Source: an uncultured Clostridia bacterium
GTDB taxonomy: Bacteria; Bacillota; Clostridia; TANB77; CAG-465
DNA length: 64,000 nt
Assembly: GCA_947631415.1 (NCBI GenBank)
Contig: CANRLG010000004.1
Location: forward strand, 332-64,331
Direction: 5' to 3'
Made by a program: the position numbers and the translations under genes. Under the pieces are notes generated by a model. That model was not told the DNA's origin, searched no databases, and worked only from the letters and a program-made list of their open reading frames with translations. Position 1 is the first letter of the stretch. Each line of letters begins with the position of its first letter. Positions 48,797 through 58,223 of the stretch are shown here, piece by piece.

Positions 48797-49054
48797 ATGA
48801 GAGATTTTTGGGATTATGTTGTTAAAAACAAATATGTTATAATATGTGTTTTAATTGTTATAGTCTTATATGCATTAGGAGTTGTAGACTTTTTAACTAA
48901 AGCAGCTGTATTAATAGCTTTACTTGGTGGAGCAATTTTTCTTGGAAAGAAAATTCAAGATAATGAAGAAGCAGTTCTTAACTTTTTCAAAGGAAAAGGT
49001 TTTAAAGGACAAGAAGTATATTATTATAAAGAAGAAAAAAAGTCTAAAAAATAG
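48797..49054 (+). CDS. DUF2273 small integral membrane protein
   Basis: 85 aa with two TM segments. It is the third member of the usual asp23/amaP/DUF2273 trio. Confidence 0.65.
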   Translation: MRDFWDYVVKNKYVIICVLIVIVLYALGVVDFLTKAAVLIALLGGAIFLGKKIQDNEEAVLNFFKGKGFKGQEVYYYKEEKKSKK

Positions 49055-49071
49055 AAATTAGGAGAATAAAA

Positions 49072-49503
49072 ATGAGTAGAAAAAAGGCAAGAGATAATGC
49101 ATTCAAATGCATTTATGAACTAGAGTTTGGTAACGAAGACTTAGATAAAATCCTAGATTATTGTTATAGTGAAAATGAGGACAAGCCATCTGAAATAGAA
49201 TATATTGAAATGGTAGTTAGAGGAGTTAAGGAAAATCTAAAAGAAATAGATGAAGTTATTTTATCTAAATTAAAAAATTGGTCATTAGATAGAATTGCAA
49301 AGATAGACCTTGCAATTCTTAGACTTGCTATATATGAGATAGTATATTTAGATGATATTCCTAAAAAAGTTAGTGCAAATGAAGCAGTAGAACTTGCTAA
49401 AATATATGGCAACAACGACTCTAGTAATTTTGTAAATGGTGTTATTGCTGCAGTAATTGGTAGTAAGGAAGATGAAGATGGAGCAACAAAAGAGAATATT
49501 TAG
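49072..49503 (+). CDS. nusB: Transcription antitermination factor NusB
   Basis: RKKARDNAFKCIYE, LDRIAKIDLAILRLAIYE, INEAVELAK-like, FVNGVI. Confidence 0.94.
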   Translation: MSRKKARDNAFKCIYELEFGNEDLDKILDYCYSENEDKPSEIEYIEMVVRGVKENLKEIDEVILSKLKNWSLDRIAKIDLAILRLAIYEIVYLDDIPKKVSANEAVELAKIYGNNDSSNFVNGVIAAVIGSKEDEDGATKENI

Positions 49504-50674
49504 TGTATCAGAGATAAATAAGTACATTAAATTACTTATGGATTCTGACCCTTTACTTACAAATTTAAGTATTAGGGGAGAGATAACAAATTTTAAAGCT
49601 CACTACACAGGACATTTATATTTTACTTTAAAAGATGAAAATGCAACAATAAAATGCGTTATGTTTAAAGGAAATGCTCAGTTCTTAAAGTTTAAACCAG
49701 CAGATGGAATGAAGGTTGTAATTCAAGGACAAATAAGCAGTTTTGAACGTGATGGTGTATATCAAATATATTGTAAGAGTATGTCTCCAGAAGGACTTGG
49801 AGATTTATATCTTGCGTATGAACAAATAAAAGAAAAGTTAAGTAAAGAAGGACTTTTTGATGAAGCTCATAAAATGAAAATTCCTTTTCTTCCACAAAGA
49901 GTGGGAGTTATAACTTCAAGAACAGGTGCTGTAATTAGAGATATAATAAATGTTTCTACACGTAGATATCCAAATGTTAATATTCTGTTATATCCTGCCG
50001 CAGTTCAAGGTGTAAATGTTGCTTCTACTGTTGTTGAAGGAATACAAACATTTAATAAATTAGATAATGTAGATGTAATTATAATAGCTCGTGGTGGTGG
50101 TTCTTTCGAAGATTTATTTGGATTTAATGATGAAAAAATTGCAAGAGAAATATATGCTTCACATATACCTATTGTGTCAGCAGTAGGTCATGAAACAGAT
50201 TTTTCTATTTGCGATTTTGTTGCAGATTTAAGAGCACCAACTCCTTCTGCGGCAGCTGAACTTGTATATCCAGAATATAGTGAAATTGTGAATAGAATTT
50301 CTGTAGATAAAAATCGTACAGTAATTGCTATGAAAAACTATATTGGAAGAAAAAGACAATATGTAGAAAAATTGAAAGCTGCAAAACTTGAAAAAGTTCC
50401 ACTAGATATTATAAGCAAATATAGAATGAATATTGATAGCATAATTTCAAAATCTGAGGCTACACTTAGATATAATATTGAAAAGTATAAAACTAGATGT
50501 GTCAGAAGTATAGCTAAAATAGACGCACTTAGTCCTTTAAAAACAATAACAAGAGGATATAGTGTAGCAGAGAATATGCAAGGAAAGGTTATTCGTAAAG
50601 TATCAGATGTAAGTAAAGATGAGAAAATACAAATAACTGTTTCAGATGGTAAAATAAATGCTATTGTAGATTAA
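49478..50674 (+). CDS. xseA: Exodeoxyribonuclease VII large subunit
   Basis: FSVSEINKYIK, GEITNFK...GHLYFTLKD, ITSRTGAVIRD, RGGGSFEDL, GHETDFSI. It overlaps the nusB end. I chose the ATG at 49478 after aaggaag. The track starts at 49457. Confidence 0.93.
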   Translation: MEQQKRIFSVSEINKYIKLLMDSDPLLTNLSIRGEITNFKAHYTGHLYFTLKDENATIKCVMFKGNAQFLKFKPADGMKVVIQGQISSFERDGVYQIYCKSMSPEGLGDLYLAYEQIKEKLSKEGLFDEAHKMKIPFLPQRVGVITSRTGAVIRDIINVSTRRYPNVNILLYPAAVQGVNVASTVVEGIQTFNKLDNVDVIIIARGGGSFEDLFGFNDEKIAREIYASHIPIVSAVGHETDFSICDFVADLRAPTPSAAAELVYPEYSEIVNRISVDKNRTVIAMKNYIGRKRQYVEKLKAAKLEKVPLDIISKYRMNIDSIISKSEATLRYNIEKYKTRCVRSIAKIDALSPLKTITRGYSVAENMQGKVIRKVSDVSKDEKIQITVSDGKINAIVD

Positions 50675-50722
50675 ATATAATAATATAAACTCAAAACGTA
50701 AAGAAAGGATAGGTAGTTAGTA

Positions 50723-50956
50723 ATGGAAGAAAATAAAACATTTGAGGAAAGCTTAAGTGAACTTGAACAAATAGCTTCAAAACTTGAAAGTGGAGATTTA
50801 GGCTTAGATGAAGCTATAAAGGAATTTGAAAAAGGCATTAAATTATCTAAAGAATGTAGTGAAAAATTAGATGAAGCTGAAAAGAAAATAAATATCCTTG
50901 TTCAAGGAGAGGACGGACAATTAAAAGAAGAAAACTTCATTGCTGATGAAGACTAA
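50723..50956 (+). CDS. xseB: Exodeoxyribonuclease VII small subunit
   Basis: FEESLSELEQIASKLESGDLGLDEAIKEFEKGIKL. Confidence 0.93.
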   Translation: MEENKTFEESLSELEQIASKLESGDLGLDEAIKEFEKGIKLSKECSEKLDEAEKKINILVQGEDGQLKEENFIADED

Positions 50957-50967
50957 TATAAAATAGA

Positions 50968-50999
50968 CCAAGATTAGTGTAAATCTTGGCTTTTTTTTT
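50968..50999 (+). terminator. Intrinsic terminator after xseB
   Basis: ccaagatt (50968-50975) pairs with aatcttgg (50982-50989), followed by a T9 run. Confidence 0.75.
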
Positions 51000-52133
51000 C
51001 TATATTTTTTGAGTTTCTTTAAACATATCCTTAATTATTTTAGTAAAATAATCTATCATATTTAGTTTTTGTATATCTTCTTCATAAAAGAATGTTTTAG
51101 AATAAATTTCTTCATTTCCAATTAGTAAAGAGTATTTTCCAAGATAATCTCCTTTAGCTTTAGGCGGATTAATTTCTTGTGGAAAATCTGTTTTTACATA
51201 TATTTGGTCATATTCATTATCTGTTAATGCTTCTTTTTTCTCATCTTTATAGCTTAATAATAGATTATCTATATTTCCTTTATTCACAGGGATATTTATG
51301 TATATATTTAAGAAATTAGATAAATCTCTAAGTTTGTAATTTTCAAAGCAGTATTCAAGAATATCTTTTGAGTCATTAAACCTCATATCTGTATTTTCAC
51401 TACCAAGTACAACAGAGATTAATTCCAAATCATTATCTTTTGCAACATTAATTAAACAACGATTAGCACCATCTGTGTATCCAGTTTTACCACCTATTGT
51501 TTTAGGATAAGTTTTTAGTAATCTATTAGTATTATTTAATTGCTTAGTAAATGAACCAAAGTCTACAACAGTAGTGGGGGTACTAATAGCTTCTCTAATT
51601 TGCGGAAAAGATATAGCGTGTTTAGTAATAATAGCCATAGAATATGCACTTGAATAATGTGTATCACTATCTAGTCCATGTGGGTTATCAAAATGAGTGT
51701 CGTTAAGTCCTAATTGTATAGCTTTCTTATTCATTAATGAAGCAAAGTTTTCAATAGTTCCTCCAATGTGATAGCCAATAGCTAGAGCACAGTCATTTCC
51801 TGATGGAAGTAACATACCATAAAGCAGATTTTTTGCAGTTACCGTTGTATTTGGTACAATTCCCGCTTCTGACCCTCCTATATAACATGCATCTTTATTA
51901 ATCTGAATAGGCTCATTCATATCACAGGTCTCGCACAGAATAATAGCGGTCATCATTTTTGTTAAAGAGGCCATTTTTCTTTGTTCAAAAGCATTATGGT
52001 TATATAATATTCTGCCAGTTAAAGAGGAGATAACTACAGCACTAGGAGAAGCTATTTCCAAGGCAAAAGAAATTTTGTAAAAATTTAAGACTATTTCTAA
52101 AAATAGTATAGTTGTAACTAATCTTTTTATCAT
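51000..52133 (-). CDS. D-alanyl-D-alanine carboxypeptidase (S11, PBP5/DacB-like)
   Basis: SxxK in MASLTKMM, SxN in PSGND, and KTG in GGKTGYT. It has a signal/anchor segment at the N-terminus. Confidence 0.9.
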   Translation of the reverse strand: MIKRLVTTILFLEIVLNFYKISFALEIASPSAVVISSLTGRILYNHNAFEQRKMASLTKMMTAIILCETCDMNEPIQINKDACYIGGSEAGIVPNTTVTAKNLLYGMLLPSGNDCALAIGYHIGGTIENFASLMNKKAIQLGLNDTHFDNPHGLDSDTHYSSAYSMAIITKHAISFPQIREAISTPTTVVDFGSFTKQLNNTNRLLKTYPKTIGGKTGYTDGANRCLINVAKDNDLELISVVLGSENTDMRFNDSKDILEYCFENYKLRDLSNFLNIYINIPVNKGNIDNLLLSYKDEKKEALTDNEYDQIYVKTDFPQEINPPKAKGDYLGKYSLLIGNEEIYSKTFFYEEDIQKLNMIDYFTKIIKDMFKETQKI

Positions 52134-52238
52134 AATTCTACCTCAAAAAATTATATTATGTTATGAAGTAAATTATGAAAAATATAATTGATATATTTTT
52201 GTATTTAATATATAATTTTTGTAATGAGGTGAGTACCT

Positions 52239-53270
52239 TTGGAAAATAAAAGTAAGAAAGTAGCCCTAAAATATTTAGAAGGCTTTGTATATTGTTTCTT
52301 GTTATTAGTTTCAGTTATGTTATGCATTTCTGGAAATACATATATAAAAATGATACCAATAGCATTTATTTCTGGACTTATTGGACAAATAATGTTTGGT
52401 AAAAAAGCAATGACAAGTATGTTTTCATGTATAATTGCTATTGTGTTATCTCAACTTAAAACACCAGCTTTACTTAATCAAAATATTATATCTACAGTAG
52501 TAATAACTGTACTTTCTTTAGTTGGTGAATTATGTGGATATGGACTAAAGAAACTTGTTCATTTACTAAAACTTAAGTCTTCTAAAAGGAGAGAAAAAGA
52601 AAAGATTAAAAATTATATTTTATGTTCAGTTACTATAATAATTGGTATAGTTATTAATAGCATAGTAAATGGTAATCCAATATCATACATAAGATGTAAG
52701 AATAATTTAAAAAATTATTTAGCTACACAGTATTCATCTGGAAGTAGATTTGAAATATTTTCTGTTAGGTATTCGCTAAGTGAGAGAGCAAAATATACAT
52801 TCTATACAGAGGATGTATTAAATAATAACGAAATAGGAAAATTTGTAGTTTTCTTAGATGATACTCAAATTATTCAAGATGATTATAAAGAAAAAGTATT
52901 AACTTCAAAAATACAAGAAATTACAAAATATTTAAAAGAATTAGATTTAAATGAAAATATTGTAGTTTCAGTTGGAATAGATGAAACAGAAGAATTAACT
53001 TTAAATATATTTAAAAAAGTAGATGAAATAACGCAACAAAATGTAGATGATTTTTCAAAAGAGATAGTAGATTTAGTAGATAAAGCTAGAGTTGCTAAAT
53101 ATTTTGAAGAAATAAAACAAATGAAAATTGTGTTAGAATGTTTACAAAATCAAAAGGATAATCTAGCTACATATATCTATATGGATGGATATAACGAGAT
53201 GAAACAAAAAAATGAAGAAAATGCAGTAGATTATATTAAACGAGCTTTAAATATAGAGTATATATATTAG
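52239..53270 (+). CDS. Hypothetical polytopic membrane protein with a soluble C-terminal domain
   Basis: TTG start 6 nt after SD gaggtga. About 5 TM segments are followed by ~200 aa of soluble sequence. I recognise no family. Confidence 0.5.
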   Translation: MENKSKKVALKYLEGFVYCFLLLVSVMLCISGNTYIKMIPIAFISGLIGQIMFGKKAMTSMFSCIIAIVLSQLKTPALLNQNIISTVVITVLSLVGELCGYGLKKLVHLLKLKSSKRREKEKIKNYILCSVTIIIGIVINSIVNGNPISYIRCKNNLKNYLATQYSSGSRFEIFSVRYSLSERAKYTFYTEDVLNNNEIGKFVVFLDDTQIIQDDYKEKVLTSKIQEITKYLKELDLNENIVVSVGIDETEELTLNIFKKVDEITQQNVDDFSKEIVDLVDKARVAKYFEEIKQMKIVLECLQNQKDNLATYIYMDGYNEMKQKNEENAVDYIKRALNIEYIY

Positions 53271-53278
53271 GAGGAAGA

Positions 53279-54139
53279 ATGAGTAGAGGTTATATAAGAG
53301 AAAGAAAACTCTCTATTTTTACATATTTCTTTATTCTTTCTTGTGTAATACTTTCAACAGTGTTTGTATTTAAAGAACTTGGTTTAACAGAAAGTTTGGA
53401 AGAAATATTATATCAAAAAGATATAAGTGGAGATATAGAACTAGAAAATAAATACTATATAAAGAAGATAAAAGATGATTACGGAATTAATGTTACTTAT
53501 GGTAGAAATTCAGAAAATTTTGTTTCTGCTGTAGATGCAAATGTTCAGTATGATGAGATAATTATTAATAATAATCTTAAAACTATGTATGAAGCTTTAA
53601 AAAAGTATCCAAGTGATGTATTTACTATGTTTAAAGAAGAAAAACATAATTTATATGTCATGTTAGTTTCAAATTTTAATGATAATAATATAGCACTTGC
53701 ATCTAAAAATACATTAAATCAATATAGAATGTATTTAAGTAATAGTGAAGATTTTGAAAGGTCTTTACATCATGAGTTCTTCCATGTTTTAGAGTATTAT
53801 ATGGAAGAAAAAGTTAAATATTTATATCATTCATGGAATTCATACAATCCTTATGGTTATGAATATCAACCAGATGTTTCTAAGCTTACAGATGAGTATG
53901 TATATTCTAAGTATAATACAGAGGCTGAAAATAGCAATACATACTTTGTAACTAAATATTCAAAAGTCTCAGAAAAAGAAGATAGAGCAGAGATTTTTGC
54001 AGAAATTATGACTTTGAATAAAAGAGAGGGATATTTAAAGAATGGAACAAATATTAAGAGTAAAATAACATATCTTCTAAATGAGATATATGAAAACATC
54101 TCAATTTCAGATTTCTATTTTACTACTTTTGTTAACTAG
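53279..54139 (+). CDS. Membrane-anchored HExxH zinc metallopeptidase-like protein (possibly M34/lethal-factor-like)
   Basis: N-terminal TM segment. HHEFFHVLE contains HExxH. The downstream DRAEIFAEIM resembles the ExxAE third-ligand motif of M34-type enzymes. It starts 8 nt after the previous gene. Confidence 0.45.
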   Translation: MSRGYIRERKLSIFTYFFILSCVILSTVFVFKELGLTESLEEILYQKDISGDIELENKYYIKKIKDDYGINVTYGRNSENFVSAVDANVQYDEIIINNNLKTMYEALKKYPSDVFTMFKEEKHNLYVMLVSNFNDNNIALASKNTLNQYRMYLSNSEDFERSLHHEFFHVLEYYMEEKVKYLYHSWNSYNPYGYEYQPDVSKLTDEYVYSKYNTEAENSNTYFVTKYSKVSEKEDRAEIFAEIMTLNKREGYLKNGTNIKSKITYLLNEIYENISISDFYFTTFVN

Positions 54140-54218
54140 CTAGACATTAAAGCTCTATTACTTTACATATTCTATTTGCTGTGATATAATACATAGCCAA
54201 GGAGAAGGAGTGTAAAAT

Positions 54219-55844
54219 ATGAAAAAAATTAAGTTTTTATTCATAGCACTAGTAATTATTATTGCCACAAGTAGCGTAGCTACTACTATTATTGCGGCTG
54301 AAAATGATAATAATGACACTCAGAAAGAAACAACCAAAACACTTACTGAGGAAGAAATAAAACAACAAAAACAAGAAATATTAGTTTCTATTGATGGGTA
54401 TCTAAATGAAATAGAAAGCAGAATATTTGTAATAGACCAAGAGATAGAAAATACTAAAAAACAAGATGAATTTGAATATTATCCTGCAATTAGACTAAAT
54501 ATCGATACTCCAATGTTTGGTATGAGTGCAATAGTTGAGAATAAACTAAAGATTAAAAAAGATGTATCAACAACAGATATTGCAAATAAGTATTCTATTA
54601 GAAATCTTGTAAAAGATAGAAAGATTAAATTACCAGATAATTATCTTGCAGGTATAGTTGTGTCTACAAAAGATGTAGCTATAGATGAGAATATGACACT
54701 TTCACAGTTAAAACTTACTCTTGTAAAATGTATTCAATATAAATCTCAGGTAAACTCTGTTGAAGAATTTGTAGATACTCAAATAAATAAAACATTTAAA
54801 GATTATATAGCACAAGAGAAAAAGAATAATATTAAAGATGTTAAAGATAGAACAGAAAAAGTTAAAAAGACTATCGAAGAAATATCAGATAAGATTTATC
54901 AAATGAGCTTTGTAGGTGTTAATATCAATGATTATATGAATAAGTATAACGAACTTAGCAACCAATTATATGATATTTCTCAAAAAGCAAAAGATACTTT
55001 GATGAATAAAGAAGATTTAACACAACTTATGAAAAATTCATTATCTAATGAATCAAATGTATTAGATTTAAAAACAGCTGTAGATGATGCTTATGAAGAT
55101 GCTATTACAGATATGGATTATCTTAAAGTTTTAAATAATTATAAGTCAACATATACAGAAAAACATAAGAAAATAAAAAACTATATAGATAATTCTACCA
55201 CAGAAGAAAAAGATGAAAATACAAAAGAAAATGATAATGAAGAAAATAAAGATGAAGAAAAAAACAAAGAGGAAACAGATTACTCTAAAATAAATATAGT
55301 GAGAAATTATTCTATTACACTAGAAAATACAGATGAGTATTTTGAAAAAATATTAGATGACATAGAAAATAAAATAAAAAATTATACAGAAACACAAGCA
55401 AAAACAAGTGAAGAAACAGAAAAGAAAGAAGAAAAAAGCGAGTCTGAAATAGAAGCTGAAAAGGCACAAAAGTTTAATGATAACAAAACTAAGATGGATG
55501 AATTATATAATAAATATAAAGAGGCTTTAAATCGTGAAAATAAATTTTATACAAATAATATAAATATGCTACTTAACGATTCAAACTCAAAAATGACTAG
55601 TATAATTGGTCAAATTGACTCAGATATAGTAATAGATAATGAGATATTCAATTATACTAAATATGTATATATAGATTTACCAAATAATTTATCTAATTAC
55701 TTAGAGAAAAATAATAGTTATTCAATGCTTGAATTAAATAACTTGAATAGTTCATTACATAATGAGATTAGTAATTTGGTAAAAACAAATATGAATATTA
55801 AGAAAATGTACGATAAAATGACAGAAGACTTGCTTAAAAGCTAA
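54219..55844 (+). CDS. Secreted K/E/N-rich coiled-coil protein, hypothetical
   Basis: Signal peptide (FLFIALVIIIATSSVATTIIAA), long predicted helical/coiled regions and a low-complexity acidic stretch. Confidence 0.55.
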   Translation: MKKIKFLFIALVIIIATSSVATTIIAAENDNNDTQKETTKTLTEEEIKQQKQEILVSIDGYLNEIESRIFVIDQEIENTKKQDEFEYYPAIRLNIDTPMFGMSAIVENKLKIKKDVSTTDIANKYSIRNLVKDRKIKLPDNYLAGIVVSTKDVAIDENMTLSQLKLTLVKCIQYKSQVNSVEEFVDTQINKTFKDYIAQEKKNNIKDVKDRTEKVKKTIEEISDKIYQMSFVGVNINDYMNKYNELSNQLYDISQKAKDTLMNKEDLTQLMKNSLSNESNVLDLKTAVDDAYEDAITDMDYLKVLNNYKSTYTEKHKKIKNYIDNSTTEEKDENTKENDNEENKDEEKNKEETDYSKINIVRNYSITLENTDEYFEKILDDIENKIKNYTETQAKTSEETEKKEEKSESEIEAEKAQKFNDNKTKMDELYNKYKEALNRENKFYTNNINMLLNDSNSKMTSIIGQIDSDIVIDNEIFNYTKYVYIDLPNNLSNYLEKNNSYSMLELNNLNSSLHNEISNLVKTNMNIKKMYDKMTEDLLKS

Positions 55845-55856
55845 GTAGGAGATAAG

Positions 55857-56321
55857 ATGAATAAGCAATATGTAGACAAGAGTAACGTTTGTATAAAAAA
55901 TAGGGAGATAAATTTTAAGTACGACATTATAGAAAGATTTGAATGTGGACTTGAATTAAAGGGTACAGAAGTAAAATCTGTTAGAGATGGTATGTGCAAT
56001 TTAAAAGATAGCTTTGCATTAATTAGAGATAATGAAGTAATGCTAAAGAATATGCATATCAGTCCATATGAACATGGAAACATATACAATGTAAATCCAG
56101 TAAGAGACAGAAGATTATTACTACACAAAAATGAAATACTCAAAATGCTAAATTATATAAAGCAAGGAGGATATACCTTAGTACCTTCTAAAGTATATAC
56201 TAAAGGGAGATGGTTCAAAGTTGAACTTTGTATATGCAAAGGTAAAAAACTTTATGATAAACGTGAAACAATAAAAGAGAAAGAAGCTAAAAAACAAATT
56301 AGCAATATATTTAAGATATGA
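55857..56321 (+). CDS. smpB: SsrA-binding protein SmpB
   Basis: NREINFKYDIIERFECGLELKGTEVKS, ISPYEHGN, RDRRLLLHKNEI. Confidence 0.96.
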   Translation: MNKQYVDKSNVCIKNREINFKYDIIERFECGLELKGTEVKSVRDGMCNLKDSFALIRDNEVMLKNMHISPYEHGNIYNVNPVRDRRLLLHKNEILKMLNYIKQGGYTLVPSKVYTKGRWFKVELCICKGKKLYDKRETIKEKEAKKQISNIFKI

Positions 56322-56326
56322 TTAAG

Positions 56327-56350
56327 GTAGCCGTTAGGGCTACTTTTCTT
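56327..56350 (+). terminator. Intrinsic terminator after smpB
   Basis: gtagcc (56327-56332) pairs with ggctac (56338-56343), followed by tttt. Confidence 0.55.
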
Positions 56351-56438
56351 TACAACTTTTTGCTTGTATGATATACTTAAGTACACAAAAAGATAATTAT
56401 TTACTTAAAAATAACTATATAAAAAGGGGGAAATTGAT

Positions 56439-57104
56439 ATGGATAATAGAGAAATACTATCTAAAGTAGACCACACATATTTAAAAGTTGATGCAACCCA
56501 AGAAGATATTAAAGCTCTTTGTGATGAAGCAATTAAATATAATACAGCAACAGTATGTATACCACCTTCATACGTAGAATTTGCGCATAATTACATTAAT
56601 TCGCAAAATTCAGAAGTTAAAGTGTGTACTGTAATTGGTTTTCCTAATGGATATAATACTACAAAGGTAAAGTGCTATGAGGCTGAAAGTGCAATTAAAG
56701 ATGGTGCAGATGAAATTGATATGGTTGCAAATATTGGTTGGATAAAAGACAGAAAATTTGATAGCATAATAGATGAAATTGCACAAATAAAAAAAGTAGT
56801 TAAAGATAAAATACTTAAAGTAATTATTGAAACTTGTCTTTTAACTGAAGAAGAAAAAGTAAAAATGTGTATAGCTGTTTCTGAGGCAGGAGCAGACTAT
56901 ATTAAGACTTCTACAGGTTTTTCAAAAAGTGGTGCTACATTTGAAGATGTAGAATTGCTTGTAGAAAATGTAGATGAAAATGTGAAAGTAAAAGCTGCAG
57001 GTGGAATTAGTTCTATAGAAGATGCCATTAAATACATAAATATTGGGGCAGACAGACTTGGAACTAGCAAGATAGTAAAAATAATAAAAGAAATGGAAAA
57101 ATAA
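56439..57104 (+). CDS. deoC: Deoxyribose-phosphate aldolase
   Basis: VDHTYLK, VCIPP, DMVANIG, KVIIETC, IKTSTGF (Schiff-base Lys), VKAAGGI. Confidence 0.95.
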   Translation: MDNREILSKVDHTYLKVDATQEDIKALCDEAIKYNTATVCIPPSYVEFAHNYINSQNSEVKVCTVIGFPNGYNTTKVKCYEAESAIKDGADEIDMVANIGWIKDRKFDSIIDEIAQIKKVVKDKILKVIIETCLLTEEEKVKMCIAVSEAGADYIKTSTGFSKSGATFEDVELLVENVDENVKVKAAGGISSIEDAIKYINIGADRLGTSKIVKIIKEMEK

Positions 57105-57107
57105 AGT

Positions 57108-57141
57108 AAAAAAAAGTTCTGCTAAAAACAGAACTTTTTTC
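57108..57141. terminator. Bidirectional terminator between deoC and the convergent CAP-domain gene
   Basis: agttctg (57115-57121) pairs with cagaact (57129-57135). An A-run lies 5' and a T-run lies 3'. Confidence 0.75.
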
Positions 57142-58123
57142 AATATTTTCCTATAAACATTAGAACTAGAATGTAGCCATATTTGTCGCTTTTATCTATG
57201 CCTATTCCAATGTAGTTATATGAATTTGAAAGCAAATTTTTTCTATGATTATCTGATGCAAGAAATGAATTAATTGCATCATCTATATCTGAATTTCCTG
57301 CAATATTTTCTCCAGCAGTTTTGTAAATTACACCAGCATTTTTCATCATTTCAAAAGGAGTACCATAAGTTGGAGAATTATGTGCAAAATAGTTATTATT
57401 TACCATATCTTCTGCTTTGGTTTGAGCAGTTGAAGTTAGTAGGTCATCAAGAGAGAGAGAGGGTAAACCATTTTCATTTCTAGTCGAATTTATTTTATTT
57501 AAAACATATTCTATATTTGCTTCTTGAGTATTTTCATCAGATATTATATTTTCATTATTATTTTCTTTATTATTATTAGTAGTATTATTAGTATTATTAC
57601 TTAAATTTTCTATTGGTTTTACAAGGTCTTGTCTTACCATTCCTACAACATTTTTATCTGTTATAACGAGTAAAAAATCATTAATTGCACCTATTACATA
57701 AATGCTATCTCCACTATTTAATTTGGTAATCACTTTAAAATTTGTACCTGGACCACCACGAAGTATAGTGTTATTTTCTAGAATTGTGGTATAGTATGGA
57801 GCATAATCTTCATAAGTCTTAGAATTGATTTTTTCTCCTGTTATTTTTGCGTAGTCTTTAGAAATTATACCCACTTCGTTTGTTTCAAGTTGAACAATAT
57901 AAAAATTATCTATGCTACCAACAACTTTAATTTTAGTATTTGGAGCAAGAGTTCGTATAAAAGAGTTGTAATCTGTATTTGGAGCACTTCGTAAATTAGC
58001 ATTTGCAGTAGTTATACCATATTCTGGAGCAAAATGAGTAATATTTGCTGCAAAAATAGTAGAAAAAACCATAATAAAAATAACTGCAAGAATAATTATT
58101 ATTTGATGTTTTCTCTCAAACAT
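57140..58123 (-). CDS. Secreted protein with two SH3b-like domains and a C-terminal CAP/SCP (YkwD-like) domain
   Basis: N-terminal anchor/signal. Two LRSAPNT.../LRGGPGTNFKV SH3b-like repeats. C-terminal YFAHNSPTYGTPFEMM...GENIA...NHRKNLL is typical of CAP/PR-1. Confidence 0.8.
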   Translation of the reverse strand: MFERKHQIIIILAVIFIMVFSTIFAANITHFAPEYGITTANANLRSAPNTDYNSFIRTLAPNTKIKVVGSIDNFYIVQLETNEVGIISKDYAKITGEKINSKTYEDYAPYYTTILENNTILRGGPGTNFKVITKLNSGDSIYVIGAINDFLLVITDKNVVGMVRQDLVKPIENLSNNTNNTTNNNKENNNENIISDENTQEANIEYVLNKINSTRNENGLPSLSLDDLLTSTAQTKAEDMVNNNYFAHNSPTYGTPFEMMKNAGVIYKTAGENIAGNSDIDDAINSFLASDNHRKNLLSNSYNYIGIGIDKSDKYGYILVLMFIGKY

Positions 58124-58223
58124 AAAATCACCTCATAATTAGTATTTACACTTTTTCATTAATTATAATAAATTTTGTATATTTTAATTAAAAATAATAA
58201 AAAATATAAATGAGGTGTAATTA

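Noticed and set aside
56322-56438. I looked for tmRNA (ssrA) immediately downstream of smpB.
   Set aside because: The region holds only a short terminator hairpin and a promoter-like sequence for deoC. It has no GGGG...tRNA-like 5' end and no TPsiC-arm/ACCA 3' end. ssrA must be elsewhere.
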